Position numbers and translations under genes: made by a program
Notes under the pieces: generated by a model
Told to the model about the DNA's origin: nothing
The model's input: only the letters and a program-made list of their open reading frames with translations
Database searches by the model: none
Source: Octopus vulgaris
Lineage: Eukaryota
Reading direction: 5' to 3'
Length of the DNA stretch: 64,000 nt
Assembly (NCBI GenBank): GCA_951406725.2
Contig: OX597842.1
Location: 29,450,001-29,514,000, forward strand
Part shown: positions 14,150-28,800 of the stretch, one piece after another
Layout of the letters: each line of letters starts with the position of its first letter
Position numbering within the stretch: the first letter of the stretch is position 1

Positions 14150-14202
14150 GTCTGTCTGTCTGTCTGTCAACCTGTCTGTCTATCTATTTATCTCTCTCTC
14201 TC

Positions 14203-14608
14203 TCTTTTACTCTTTTACTTGTTTCAGTCATTTGACTGCGGCCATGCTAGAGCACCGCCTTTAGTGGAGCAAATCGACCCCGAGACTTATTCTTTGTAAG
14301 CCCAGTACTTATTCTATCGGTCTCTTTTGCTGAACCGCTAAGTTACGGGGACGTAAACACACCAGCATCGGTTGTCAAGCAATGCTAGGGGGACAAACAC
14401 AGATACAAAAACATATACACACACACATATATATATACATATATACGACAGGCTTCTTTCAGTTTCCGTCTACTAAATCCACTCACAAGGCATTGGTTGG
14501 CCCGGGGCTATAGCAGAAGACACTTGCCCAAGATGCCACGCAGTGGGACTGAACTCGGAACCATGTGGTTGGTTAGCAAGCTACTTACCACACAGCCACT
14601 CCTGCGCC
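14203..14608 (-). mobile_element. SINE family A (full length)
   Basis: Reverse complement of 8254-8608. Confidence 0.85.
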
Positions 14609-14721
14609 TATTTATTTATACATACATGCATGCATACATACATACATACATACATACGTACATACATACATACATACATACATACATACATACATACATA
14701 CATACATACATACATACATAG

Positions 14722-15844
14722 TGTTACGGTTGGCTAAGTGCAGTTCCCGGTGACCCACATTTGGAATTATGGTTCCGGCATGTCTGGGAGTGAAAAGTGA
14801 CAGCCCTTTGTTTACGGAAGACTAATGGGTTTTGGAAGGACCTGTGACCTTGTGCGGGTGAATTAGGGGTCGTTCTAGACACCCCGAGGAAGACAGATTA
14901 AGGAAATCTGAGAGCAGATAGAGAGGGTGATAGGCAGCAGGCGATAGAGACAGATTAAGGGATCTGAGAGCTGTCGTGAGAGAGATAGAGTATAAGGCTA
15001 AGGGACAGATAGAGAGGGTGATAGGCAGCAGGCGATAGCGATAGAGTAAGGAATCAGAGAGCAGATAGAAAGGGTATGAGCGGTACAGAGGGAGATTGGA
15101 GGGAGTGGAAGTCAGGACAAGGAAGTGAGGTTTTGGGCAGTCGGTGATCGGTCGTCAGAGAACACAGACGGATCTTGGAAGTTAGGAGCAAGCGTTGGAA
15201 TTTTAGGAGCAAGCGTTGGGATGCGAGAGAACTTGGCGGCACAGAAGGGAATATGTACAGAGGAATTAGCAGTATTCAGAGATGAGTGCAGAATGGGACA
15301 CTGGCGATTCAATTAGGAATTGAGGTATTTAATTGTATTGATACGTGTCACGGTGTATTGAACATTGAAAAGAACAGTCAAGGACTTGTCGATATGTCGA
15401 TTATCGAGTTGTGGTATTTATGTTCAGAATTGTGTTGATGTGACGTTATCTGTGATGTTTAGAAAAAGACTTTAATAGAACTGTTGTCTTCGGACGTGAA
15501 CTTTGAATTGTACTCTTGAATTGCTGTTGTTAAATGCTTGATCTGTGGTATACCCGTATGATGTATTGATTTGTTGTTTGCCTTAAATGTATTTGATGTT
15601 GTAACCATTGATTGTCATATAAACTAGTTGTTGAATATAAGCCAGTGTTGCCAGTTGTTGCCTTGCCTCTTTTGGTGTCTCTCTCGGTTGTGCCTCTGTA
15701 TCTCTCTGTGCTGCTGCGGTTGTTGTTGCAGTGTCTCTCCTCTCCTCTCTCTCCGAGTTTCCGTAGCTTATTCGCTGATCGAATCGGGCCTGTGTGTGAG
15801 GATTTCCGTAACAGTTTTCGGATGCTCCCCACTCGTTCGTAACA
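14722..15844. mobile_element. Probable solo LTR (Gypsy-like)
   Basis: Begins TGTTACG and ends CGTAACA (7-bp inverted TG...CA termini); inserted in an ACAT tract with 4-bp flanks ATAG/ATAC; internal AG-rich tandem repeats at 14890-15070; no coding capacity. Confidence 0.7.
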
Positions 15845-16555
15845 ATACATACATATACAAACGTACAGCAGCATGCACAGAAACGACCGAATACATTTAC
15901 ATAGATACAAAAACACATGTACATACACGGTCACGTGCTCTAAATCACATGCATAATAGAAACAAGACAATATGTATGCGCTTATGGTTTGAATAATTTG
16001 AATGATTTGAATGTAATGCAGATGATATAACTGACAAGTTGTTCTAATAACTTTGAATAAAAAGAAATATGCACGGCGTGCGACTGTACTTTTGTAGTTA
16101 GATGCGTGTGTAAAAGCTATGCTTAAAATATTTCTCAGCCCTGTGTGAAACGTAAGATAGTTAGATAGTAGAGAGAGGTGTGAGATGTCTTATGAACGTG
16201 GGACGAAAAGCATAACCTCCGCCTGGAAATATGATTTTTACCGAGATATTAAATCAAGGCCTTTCTTTTTAACAAACATTTTTGAAGGTTCCTTTTATCT
16301 TTAATCACGAAAACAGTTTCTTTAATACCTGTCAACTCCCATTAAAACTATCGATAGGCCAGTTGGTTATGTTCAGGTGTGCATTGTAGCCAGCTTTGAT
16401 CAGAATGATCAAATATAGTAATGTTAACCGCAAGCGAATTATACTTTTATCAAAGCTGCTCTCAGTTCAAATCCGGAGAATGATCTGCCATAAGAATTTC
16501 CTCGCAACGTGTTTGTTTTATGGCAACGAATGAAACCAAGAAACGTATGTGTATA

Positions 16556-16617
<62 letters not shown>

Positions 16618-16675
16618 AGGTGGGGTGGGGTGTATGTCTGTCCACGTTTCCGATGTATGCAACAAAATCATGTAA

Positions 16676-17091
16676 GGCAATCTTTCGTCTCTAATAGACC
16701 TTTCCGTCGATTTCCGTAAAAAATTTATTTTTTTTACATATGGGCTTGCGGGAACTTTTGAAGTAATGAGAGCGAAAGAGACTAAGAGAAAGCGATTGTA
16801 TGACGAGGGAAGTTCTTTTGAAGTTACCGTGCATGGAAAGCATTGATGTACATGTGTGTTTGATGGGGTGTGGGAGACAGACAGTATGTTGTGTAAGTGA
16901 AGTGCTTCTGTTAGTGTGTGTGAAGAGACAGAGAGAGTAATGTGTGAAAGAAAGAGATAACTGAAAGTTTTTACTCGGTGTATGTGTATATGTATGTATA
17001 TTACTTCAAAGGTTCCCGCAAGCCCATATGTAAAAAAAGAAATTTTTTTACGGAAATCGACGGAAAGGTCTACTAGAGACGAAAGATCGCC
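16676..17091. mobile_element. MITE with ~90-bp TIRs (PIF/Harbinger-like)
   Basis: GGCAATCTTTCGTCTCTAATAGACCTTTCCGTCGATTTCCG...GAAGTAAT is inverted at 17000-17091 (...GAGACGAAAGATCGCC); 3-bp flanks TAA/TCA. Confidence 0.8.
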
Positions 17092-17252
17092 TCATGGAAC
17101 AATAATCATAAATTTAAGTTTGACTCAACGAAACACGACAAAATAACATGAAATTGTTTAATTCAATTCATAAATAGTTGAAAATTTTAGAAAAGGTTTA
17201 GTGGCTATAAATATATGTGTATACATAAATATACATATATATATATAAATAT

Positions 17253-17313
<61 letters not shown>

Positions 17314-17341
17314 TCAGTAAGTAATGGATATTTCAATACCT

Positions 17342-17572
17342 ATTTCTTTACTACCCACAAGGGGCTAAACACAGAGGGGACAAACTAGGACAGACAAACG
17401 GATTAAGTCGATTATATCGACCCCAGTGCGTAACTGGTACTTAATTAATCGACCCCGAAAGGATGAAAGGCAAAGTCGACCTGGGCGGAATTTGAACTCA
17501 GAACGTAACGGCAGACGAAATACCGCTAAGCATTTCGCCCGGCCTGCTAACGTTTCTGCTAGCTCGCCGCCT
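17342..17572 (-). mobile_element. SINE family B (near full length)
   Basis: Minus strand: GGCGGCGAGCTAGCAGAA head, GAGTTCAAATTCCG B-box, GCCTTTCATCCTTTCGGGGTCGAT core, tail ...GTGGGTAGTAAAGAAATA. Confidence 0.8.
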
Positions 17573-17582
17573 TTATTCAATA

Positions 17583-18014
17583 CTAGCAGCATAGCCCGGC
17601 GTTGCCCGGGTATGTAAGAACCACTAGTAGGCAACGACTAATCCCAATCTAGTCCTTTCCCTCTAGGGAACGAAGGCGCATGTGTAGGTTGCAATGTCTT
17701 CTCTTCACTCGAATACTTCTGTGTATACGATGTTCCTAGCTGTCCCTTTGGGTGATAAAAAGGTCGAGTTGGGTCCCCTAGACAGAAAATGTGTTGCATA
17801 TAAAAAGCTTAGATTCTCGACCCCATGTCGAATTTATCGATTTTTTTCAGAACTGGGAGAACTTTTCAAAATTTTCGCGGTGTTAGTTTTGAATTATGAC
17901 ATTGGGCTATGTGTGTGTCAAGTTTCATCAGAATCGGTTGAAAGCCGTGGTCAGGGTGAGGGTACAACCTGACAGACACACAGACAGACAAACTGCCGTT
18001 TATATAGAGAGAGA
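17583..18014 (-). mobile_element. Non-autonomous Helitron
   Basis: Minus strand starts TC, carries (CTGT)n near the 5' end, and ends with hairpin CCCGGGCAACGCCGGG (17595-17610) 8 nt before CTAG; sits between A and T. Confidence 0.8.
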
Positions 18015-18394
18015 TTCTACCAGAATACGAAGGTTAAAAGTGTTTAGTTACCTAGAAATTATGTTAAAAACTGCCGGTCAAACTGAAAAGATTCATTTTC
18101 TGCCCCAGAGGGCGAAAATTACTGTTTGTCAACAGACAACAGTTCAAATCACCGTACAGAAACCCAATGAAAATTATAAAAAAACCCATACATGGAGTTC
18201 AGAGATAATGTAGAACAATGTAGACAGACTGAGTCACAAGAAACCTTGCCAAGCATGTGGTCCTGAGCTCAATCCCACTGCATGGCACCTCAAGTGTGTG
18301 CCTTCTACTTTGTCCTTGTTTTATCCAAAGGGTTCTCAGTGGAATTTCTAGGCGGAGACTTGTGAGTGGATTTCCTATTTGACACACATTCAAC

Positions 18395-18801
18395 ATCTTC
18401 TTTTCCGTTTGAACGGCAGTTTTTTAACATAATTTCCACGTAACTAAACACTTTTAAACTTCGTATACTGGTAGAATGTGTTTATAAAATATAATTTTCT
18501 CTTGGCTTTATTGAGAAAATTCTATAGTTTGTAAGATATTTGTTGTTTTTTTTTTTTCAATTTCAACCAATCACTGACGTCTATTGAGGTAAAAAAAACA
18601 TTCTGTGCCGTATGAATATGTCCCTCGTTTAAGAAACAGATTGGGTTTGTTTATATTTGTGAAGAAAAAAAGATACCCTTCCCCCCACCCCTAACCCTAA
18701 AACAGATTGAAATGCAATAGATCGATACTAGGGTCATAATTATGGGTAACAATTTCATATGACACCGCTAGAAAAAACTGCTGTTCAAACTGAAAAGATC
18801 C
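18395..18801. mobile_element. MITE with ~30-bp TIRs (GGATCTTTTC(C/A)GTTTGAACGGCAGTTTTT family)
   Basis: Left TCTTTTCCGTTTGAACGGCAGTTTTT, right AAAAAACTGCTGTTCAAACTGAAAAGATCC. Related ends at 18016-18093, 47393-47590 and 48243-48300. Confidence 0.75.
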
Positions 18802-19699
18802 TTCTTTTCTACTCTTGGCACAAGATTCGAAATTGATTAGGTTGACAGCATTAGGCAACTGGTACTTAATTCATCAATCCTTAGAGAATGGAAGTGAAAG
18901 TCGACTTCAGCAGAATTTCAACTCAGAATGGAAAGACAGACGAAATACCAAAAACAATTTCGCCCGGTGTGCTGAAGTTTCTGCCAGTGATTTGACACAT
19001 TGCATGTATTCGTTGTAAAATAACCGACGCAACAAATATTTGCATATTTGTTCACAATACTTTGGAGGAGAATAAGAGGAGAAATATGTTAGTCGCTGTT
19101 GTGCATGTCAAAGGACAAGCGCTTCACCTTGCTAAGAATACTTCCTACATCGTTTAATGTTTGTTTTCCATTCAGGCATATGTTGGATGCTTCAACCGGA
19201 GCTGACAAAGCCATGAGCTGCACCAGTTTCCCTTGTCTGATTTGGCTTTTCTACAGCAGAATGCATTTCCTAATGTCAACCCTTCTACAGAGTGCACTGG
19301 GTGTTACTTTTTCTTTTTTATGTGACAACAAAACCGACAGGGTCCCCAAGGACCTTGCAAGACAAAATAGCTCAAAACTGGCAGGGAGGAAGGTAGTATT
19401 GAAGGAACGTCACTTTGTGCCCGTTGACAGGTTTAAGGTAGAAAGGGAACAGGGTCCAGATATAGAGCAAAAAAAACAAGCACAAAATAAATATTTTATT
19501 CATTATTCTTTATTAAGAAATTCCTATAACTGATGAAAGGAAAAAGCCTGCGTTTTAGCAGACCAATTAGTGTTAATTATTGTTATGACTTAATCAATTT
19601 TGACATTGAGACAGTAACACGTCTCTGTGAATAGCCACATGTTTATGCATGTGGCTTTTTCGAGAGAATCATTTGCCACACATGTCACACTGACATGGC

Positions 19700-20737
<1,038 letters not shown>

Positions 20738-21925
20738 ACACTTCACAATGATAAAGTGTTTTTCATTTCCATGAATGCATTTCTGTTCACTTTTGTCACT
20801 TCATTCAGATAACAATTTAATGCAATGTTTCTTCCATACATTCCAGAGAAAGAAAAATATTTCGCTGTTCCTTGTTATAGACTGTATTTATATACAGAGG
20901 TAGACTTATTCATGAATGCTCCTTATAAATATACTGTCTTCCTTTAGGTGATGAGAATATCAAAGACACTTCTGAATGGAGAGATTTCCTTCACGTCAAC
21001 ATGTTGTGATATTCTGAAATAGGAAAAGAAGCAGTAAGATAAAACTGGATAGTTGACCAACATAAGTAATTCAACATTGCAGATTTTATATCACTACCAT
21101 TGTCATGCATTTACTGTCCATGCTTGCATAAGTAGATTGAGTTGGAAGGTGTTAGAAGCTAATGGGAATGGAGCTAGCCAAAACGAAAATATAGTGGGCA
21201 TAACATGACCAGAGTAGTGAGTTGATGCCATCCAGAATTTCGCAGAGCAAAGTTGTCACAAGTGAAATGGGCTGTTTATGAAGTGATCAGAGTTAATGAT
21301 GAAGAAGCATTGTTACTCGTCTGCCGCCTTTCCGCTAACTAATTAAAACTCCCACTTCTCTTCATGGGCACTGAACTTCCCTCTGGGATCCATTCGTGCC
21401 CACCCTCATGGGCTGGAGAATGTCATAGCAGAACAGTGCTATGGTGTCACAACTAAAATAGCTTTCCTGACTTGCTACAATATTAAATACTGGCAGAATC
21501 ACTAAGATGCCGGATTAATTGCTTAACAGCATTTCGTTCGTAAATAGCTTTGTCAAACTAGAGATAAAAGCAATCAGGAATGGGAGTGTGTCTGTGCATT
21601 GTTTATTTCTCTTCAATCAGGTACACACTGTGAGGGTGAGTACGATCGATCATTTGGGCATCCAGATGCCCCTCCCACCTAACCAGGAGTCCCTTATCTG
21701 AAGACCAGCTTGCTAGCTAGCCCACAGTGAAGGTCCCTCTTTATATTTCGTCTATCATGAGTTGGTGCCCGAAACGTCTTTCCTTTCAAAGTATAACTTC
21801 CACTGAGGTCGAATTTCATCCTTTCGAGGTAAATAAAATAAGCAGTAGAGCACTCGAGTCCCTGAAGTTAACTTGTCCCCTTCCTACAAATTTCAGGTTT
21901 TGTACTTAAAAATACAAAAAGAAAA

Positions 21926-21993
<68 letters not shown>

Positions 21994-22039
21994 CAACATT
22001 AATATTTTATAAACCCCAAAAAGTAGAGTCGGCTCATGG

Positions 22040-22420
22040 ATCAAAATCCTGACTCCAAATACATCTTACAATTTCATGAGTCCTTCATTAAAAAAGGGAC
22101 AACGGTAATTATTCTCCTTCCTCTCGCAGGGGTTATGACCACTCACGGAAACGGCGACACATGTCTTTGGGAGCAGGGAGGATCTCCTCAGTAGAACCAA
22201 TAGCTGCAAACCCTCTGAACACCTCACAGGTTGTGTCCGGGTAGAATGGATATAATTCGCCCCTACCCATCTATAGACAGAGATCTTCTTGTGGGGTGCT
22301 TGTAAAGACAAGAACATTGCATACGTTGGTGAGACATCTAGAAGCATTGCAGGGGGATGAAATAAAAATTAGAGGCAGCATGACCACATAACCAGTCATC
22401 CATACTCTACCAAAGGTACT
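22040..22420 (+). mobile_element. Penelope-like GIY-YIG endonuclease relic
   Basis: Plus-strand translation CKDKNIAYVGETSRSIA at ~22301-22350, preceded by a frameshifted IYR...C motif. Confidence 0.55.
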
Positions 22421-22788
22421 ATTCAAAAACAATGGTCCCGGTGCGCGCACTCGTGCTAGTCCGTCGTGACTGGAAGATCCTTCAACAACTACCTAGCGTG
22501 AGTATGCAAATTAACAGATGCGCGCATAATATATGTATATAATGGCTGAATATATATCAAATAAAATGGGTTTTGTCTTAAACAAAGTAAATAAAAGACT
22601 CAACAAAAGAAATTACTTACTTTGTGTTTTATTTTCTTTGTTTAAAAAAATTATTTGTTAAAAGAAACCTCAAACATGTCTAGCCCATGCGAGTGTGATT
22701 TTTAGTCACGTACTCGCGTTACGTAGTCTTTGTAAGATCGACTACTCATGACTAGCTAGCACCTGGGACCACGCTTGTAGAAAGGTAC

Positions 22789-22839
<51 letters not shown>

Positions 22840-22842
<3 letters not shown>

Positions 22843-24062
22843 GCACAGCTACGATTATCACCGCCTATGCCCCACATGCGGGGCTACCAAATGATCAGAA
22901 GGACCACTTTTACGATACCCTTCTACAGGCTACCTCAAAGACTAGTGACAAAGACCTCATCTTTGTGGGTGGAGACTTTAATGAGCATGTTGGGCGGGAA
23001 TCGGGTATCTTCACTGGGGTACACGGTGGTCATGGTATTGGCACCAGAAATGATGAGGAACTAGACTACTGGAATTCTGTGATGCATGCAACCTTTTAAT
23101 CTGCAAAACTAACTTCAGGAAGCCTGACTGCCACCTTATAACTTATCAGTCAGGAGACTCCACTTGCCAAATAGACTTCATCCTCACCAGACAGCGGGAT
23201 GCAGGGTCGCTCTTAAATACAAAGACCCTCCCGGTTGAAGAATGTATCCCTCAGCATAGGTGACTTTAGGCTTCAGGCATTAGTGACTTTAGGCTTCAGG
23301 CCAGAAGGACTCCAAGAAACAGACCAATCCAGAAAAGAAGGATTTGGAAGCTAAAGAACCCTTCACATGGTCAGAGATTTAGGGACATCCTCATCAAGAA
23401 ATTTGATGAGAGGGAGGTAGAGCTACAGACGTCGGACATAGAAGGTAGCTGGAAATTCCTACAGGACAGCTTGCTGAGTGCCACAGACCAAGTCTGTGGA
23501 TGGTGCAAAGTCCCTTCCAGACCTAGAGTTACGTGGTGGTGGAATAGTGCAGTAGACAAAGCCATTAGTGCAAAGAGACAGGCCTGGAAAGCCTGGAGGG
23601 ATGGGGGTAGCAGGGAAATGTACCAAGTAGCCAAAATGGAGGCCGGGCGACAGGTATACATAGCCAAAGATATAGCAGAAAAGAAGAAGTTTGCCAATGT
23701 CCAGCGACGTGAGGACCAAAGAACTGAGGTATTTTGGATTGCTAGACAGTGTGTGAGAGAAAATAGTGATGTTACAGGAGAGAAATGTGTCCGCATGGAT
23801 GATGGGGCACTTGCTTTTACTGTTGGTGAAAAGAAAGAGGCTTGGAGAAGCCATTATGAAAGACTGCTGAATGTGGAGAATGAATGGGAGGAGGAGAGCC
23901 TGCCAAATGTTGACCCAGTAGAGAGACCAGCTACCCGAATAGACAGCTCCCTTGTAGTTAAGGCAATTAAGGGTAGGAAACCAGGCAAAGCCCCCGGCCC
24001 ATCAGGTATCACTGCTGAGATGCTTAAAACAGCTGGTTATGTGGGCTATGGCCTAGTCACCC

Positions 24063-24064
<2 letters not shown>
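22840..24064 (+). mobile_element. RTE-clade LINE internal fragment (APE C-terminal half and linker), bounded by (TA)n
   Basis: DLIFVGGDFNEHVG, IDFILTR, then ORF 23471 ([19 protein letters not shown]...[15 protein letters not shown]), clearly homologous to 42723-43560. Confidence 0.9.
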
Positions 24065-24112
<48 letters not shown>

Positions 24113-24188
24113 ATGTACACACTTACACACGCATATATATATATACATATATATATATATACATATATATATATACATATATATATAC

Positions 24189-24242
<54 letters not shown>

Positions 24243-24430
24243 CGGAGTAAACACATAAATGTGAAACAAGGTGGAAAAAGAGTGCTCAAAAAACCAGTGG
24301 TAGAGTAATATGCTTTATTTAAAGTAGCAGAAAATTCTACAAAACCTGTTACTTCGAGTTTCACACGTTCGTACGTATGTGTGTATGTATGTATGTATAT
24401 ATATACATACATACATTCATATATACACAG

Positions 24431-24514
<84 letters not shown>

Positions 24515-24724
24515 GCGTGTGTATATGTGAGTGTATATATATATATATACATATATATATAAATATGTATACACGCACACACCCACATATATATGTATAT
24601 ATGTAGAAAATTTTAGATTAAAAAAGAACACTGCCTATTTTAATTTTGATAAATAAATTTGAAAAAAACCCGCATTATTTACGGAATGACACAGAAAATG
24701 TGTCTATTCTTCATTCACCGACTT

Positions 24725-24965
24725 ACGTGTCTGTCCGACTGTTTGTCTGTCGGTCTCTCTTCATCTCCATCTCTCATCCTCTGCACTATAACGCTGGCGT
24801 AAAGATTGGTGTTAAGGGAGGCTACTCACAAATATATTGTACGAGAGTTATCTCCCTTGAACAATGCCTAGAAGCCGTTTGATTGCAATTTTCTGAGTTC
24901 AACCTCTTAAGGGAGACTACTCTCAAATATAAGTGATTTATATTTAAGAGTTCTCTCCCTTAACA
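24725..24965. mobile_element. Relic with GTCY microsatellite and AAGGGAGA...TCTCCCTT hairpins (HINE/Helentron-like)
   Basis: GTCTGTCCGACTGTTTGTCTGTC followed by two stem-loops at 24812-24860 and 24907-24963. Confidence 0.45.
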
Positions 24966-25345
24966 CAATTTACCTACGAAATAGAATTTATCGCCCGTCG
25001 TTTACTTGTTTCGATTCTTGGACAACCGCCATGCTGGAGCACCACATCAACGTGTTTACTTACACTCATCGATGGCTGGGCTTATCTCTGTTCAGACTGC
25101 TACTCATTCCATCGTTCTCCTTTTGTCGAATTGCTAAGTTACGATGACGTAAACAGCCGAAACCGAAAATGAAGCGGTGACTAGGGACAAACACAAGTCA
25201 CAGATATGGAAATAAATGTCTGTGTGTGCGTGTGTGTGTGCGTGCGTGTGTGTATGTGTGTGTGTGTGCGCGCGTGGTGTCTGCGAGCGCGCGTATATGT
25301 GTGCATGTGTGTGCATGCGCGTGTTTGAGCACGTAAGTGTGTGTG

Positions 25346-25376
<31 letters not shown>

Positions 25377-25558
25377 CATACATATATACATACATACATA
25401 CATATATATGTATGTATATATGTATGTATGTATATATACATATATATATATATGTATACATGTATATATATATATACATCTATACATACATATATATATG
25501 TATGTATATATGTATGTATATATGTATGTATATATATGTGTGTGTATATATATATATG

Positions 25559-25590
<32 letters not shown>

Positions 25591-25842
25591 TATACATACA
25601 TAAATACATGCATACATATATACATATACATATATATATGTACGTATGTATATATGTATATATATATACATGACATGTATATATATATATAAATATATAT
25701 ATATAATAAAAGGAATTCCAACCTTGTCTGATTTCCACGTTTTATTTACAATCTTATAATGATATATTATAAGATAATATATTATAATTGAATAAAATAA
25801 AATGAAATAGTTGAATGTTGAATATATATATATATATATATA

Positions 25843-28800
25843 TTTGACATCTCTCTCCGCATCGATCACCCCTCCAGCTCTCTCACCACCACCGCCTTCT
25901 TTAAACCTACGGATTCCCACCTCTATCTCAACTTCTCTTCCTCCCACCCCTTCCACACCAAACGAGCCATCCCCTACTCCCAGTTCCTCCGCCTCCGACG
26001 TTTGTGCAGCCGCGACCAGGATTTCGAGACCCAATCTCAATACCTGGCCCGCATGTTCAGACTCCGAGGTTACCCACCCACACTCCTCTCTGATGCCCTC
26101 ACCCGCGCCCGTCGCATCGACCGCACTACCGCCTTGTCTCCTTCCCCCCGCCCACCCCCCAACCGCACCCCTTCCCCCTCCTTTTCCACCCCTCTACCCT
26201 ACCCCTTCGTCGCAAGATACTACGTGCCTTCCGTCGCCTCCAGCTTGATCCCACCACCCGCCCCATTTTCCCTAACCCACCCCTGTCCTCTTTCAAACGA
26301 GCCCGCAATCTGCGTGACCTCCTGGTCCACAGCACCCTCTCTCCTTCCCCCTCAGCCCCACACGGATCATTCCCTTGCTCTAGATCCCGCTGCAACACTT
26401 GCCCCTTCATCACCAACACCACCGCTGTCACCGGCTCCAACCTGCATACTGTACGCATTAGGCACTCTTTTACGTGCACCTCGTCTGGCCTTATTTACTG
26501 CATTAAATGCAACCTATGCGGGATGCTGTATGTAGGTCAGACGGGACGCTGGTTGTCCGACCGTTTCACTGAACACTTGAGGGACGTTCGCCTACACTCT
26601 TTTTCTCCCGTCGCACGCCACTTCCGCTCGGCCGGCCATTCCCGAGATGACATCTCAGTGTTTGGTCTCGCCCCCCACAATGGTCGCCCACTTTCCAGGC
26701 TCCACTTGGAGCAACGCTACATCTTCACCCTACAAACCACCACCCCACACGGACTTAACACAGCCCCCTCCTCTTGAGACCGTTTTTTTTTTTTTTTTTT
26801 TTTTTTTTTCCGGACACACCACCCACACACACCCACCCACCTACCTCCCACCCACCTACCTCCCACCCACCTACCTACCTCCCACACGCCTGTTCACACA
26901 CACACATACGTAGACCCATCTACGTACATACATTCACACATTTAATCACACACACTTACAGACACACATGCACATACACACACACATACATACATACACA
27001 CACGCATACATACTTACACACACACACACACACAGACATACATACACACATACACACACACATACATACGCACATACATACACACACACTCACACACACA
27101 CACCGCACGTACATACTTCACACACACACACATGCACACATACATGTAGGCACATACATACATACATACCCACACATGCACACCCGTACACTGAATGCAC
27201 ACACACATACACCTTTTTGCATCCAGGCAGCCCCCCTCTTTTCTGCTTTCCGGTTTGGGCTGATGGATCCTCGGTTCCCGCGTAGCGGGGCGTTCGAGGG
27301 CCTTTGCGCTCGCGCGCCTTGGCGCGCGCTGGGGGCTCGGTCGGCCCCTTTGGGCTTGCGTTGCACTGCTTGTGCGTTGTGTGCGTGAGCGCGCTTCGTG
27401 TGTGTGGGCTTGCTTCGGATGTGCGCTTGCGTATGTTTGCATACATACCCACACACTCGCATGCATCCCTACCCACATACATACACGCACACCTACTCAC
27501 ACACACACATACACACACACACATACCCGCACACACACACACATACATACATACACACACATACCCACTTCAGACATACACACACACAGACATACACCCA
27601 CACTCACACGCATACACACACACACATACACACGCACACGTACACATACACACACACACACACACACCTACATACATACATTACACTTGTATACACACAC
27701 ACTTACATTCATACACACACACACCTACACAGCCATACCCTCACTCAGACACACACATCTACCTACACACACACAAACACACACTGACACACACCCATAC
27801 ATACATACATCTACACACTCACGCCTACACACATACATACACACATACATAAACACACACACATACTTACACACACATACGCACACACACATACACTCAC
27901 ACTCACATACACACACACATACCTACATACTCCTATACGCACATACATACACACAGACATACACACACACACACACACACTCCCACACACATACACACGC
28001 ACCTACATACACACACGCACGCATACACACGCATACACACATACATTACACACGTACACACACACCTACATACACATGCATACACACACACACACAAACA
28101 TGCACGGACACACCCAGACATACATACATACACCTATATACACACGCCTACACACCTACATACACACACATATACACACGCCCACACAGCTACATACACA
28201 CACATACATACACACATACACGGACACACCCAGACATACTTACATACATACACCTATACACACACGCCTACACACCTACACACACACATGCACACACACA
28301 CACATGTACGCACATACACACACATATACGCACACACATATATACCCACACACATGCACACACACACACATACGCACATACATGCACGCATGCACACACG
28401 CACACACTACACACACACACACACACACACGCACGTACACATACATACATACACACACGCATACATACACCCATACACATACATGCATCCTACACACACA
28501 TACATACACACTCACACATACATACACACACACGCACTCACTCACACACCTGTATGTTCGCGCACACACATGCACATACACACACTTCCCCACACCCACA
28601 CGTACATACATACACACTCATACACACATACACACACACACACACACACGGACATACATCTATGCACACACATATATACACACATACTCACATACATTCA
28701 TCGGACACACTGCCACCCAGACATACACACAGACACACTCACACATCCACACGCACACATACGTACGCGCACACTCGCAGGCTCGCGCACACACGCGTTT

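Noticed and set aside
18688-18700. CCCTAACCCTAA telomeric repeat
   Set aside because: Only two units, internal to a MITE.
19526-19560. CTGATGA followed by an AGG...CCT hairpin (hammerhead-like)
   Set aside because: No GAAA after stem II, so the motif is incomplete.
21695-21785. CTGAAGA ... GAAACGTC hammerhead candidate
   Set aside because: No pairing stem I, and stem II does not close adjacent to the core.
25811-26248. Pro/Ser-rich 145-aa ORF
   Set aside because: Off-frame reading of the C-rich PLE RT thumb region.
27218-27440. CpG-island promoter or structured ncRNA/SECIS
   Set aside because: The GC richness is strand-asymmetric A depletion and is better explained by A-to-G conversion of CA-repeat sequence; no convincing promoter or SECIS fold.
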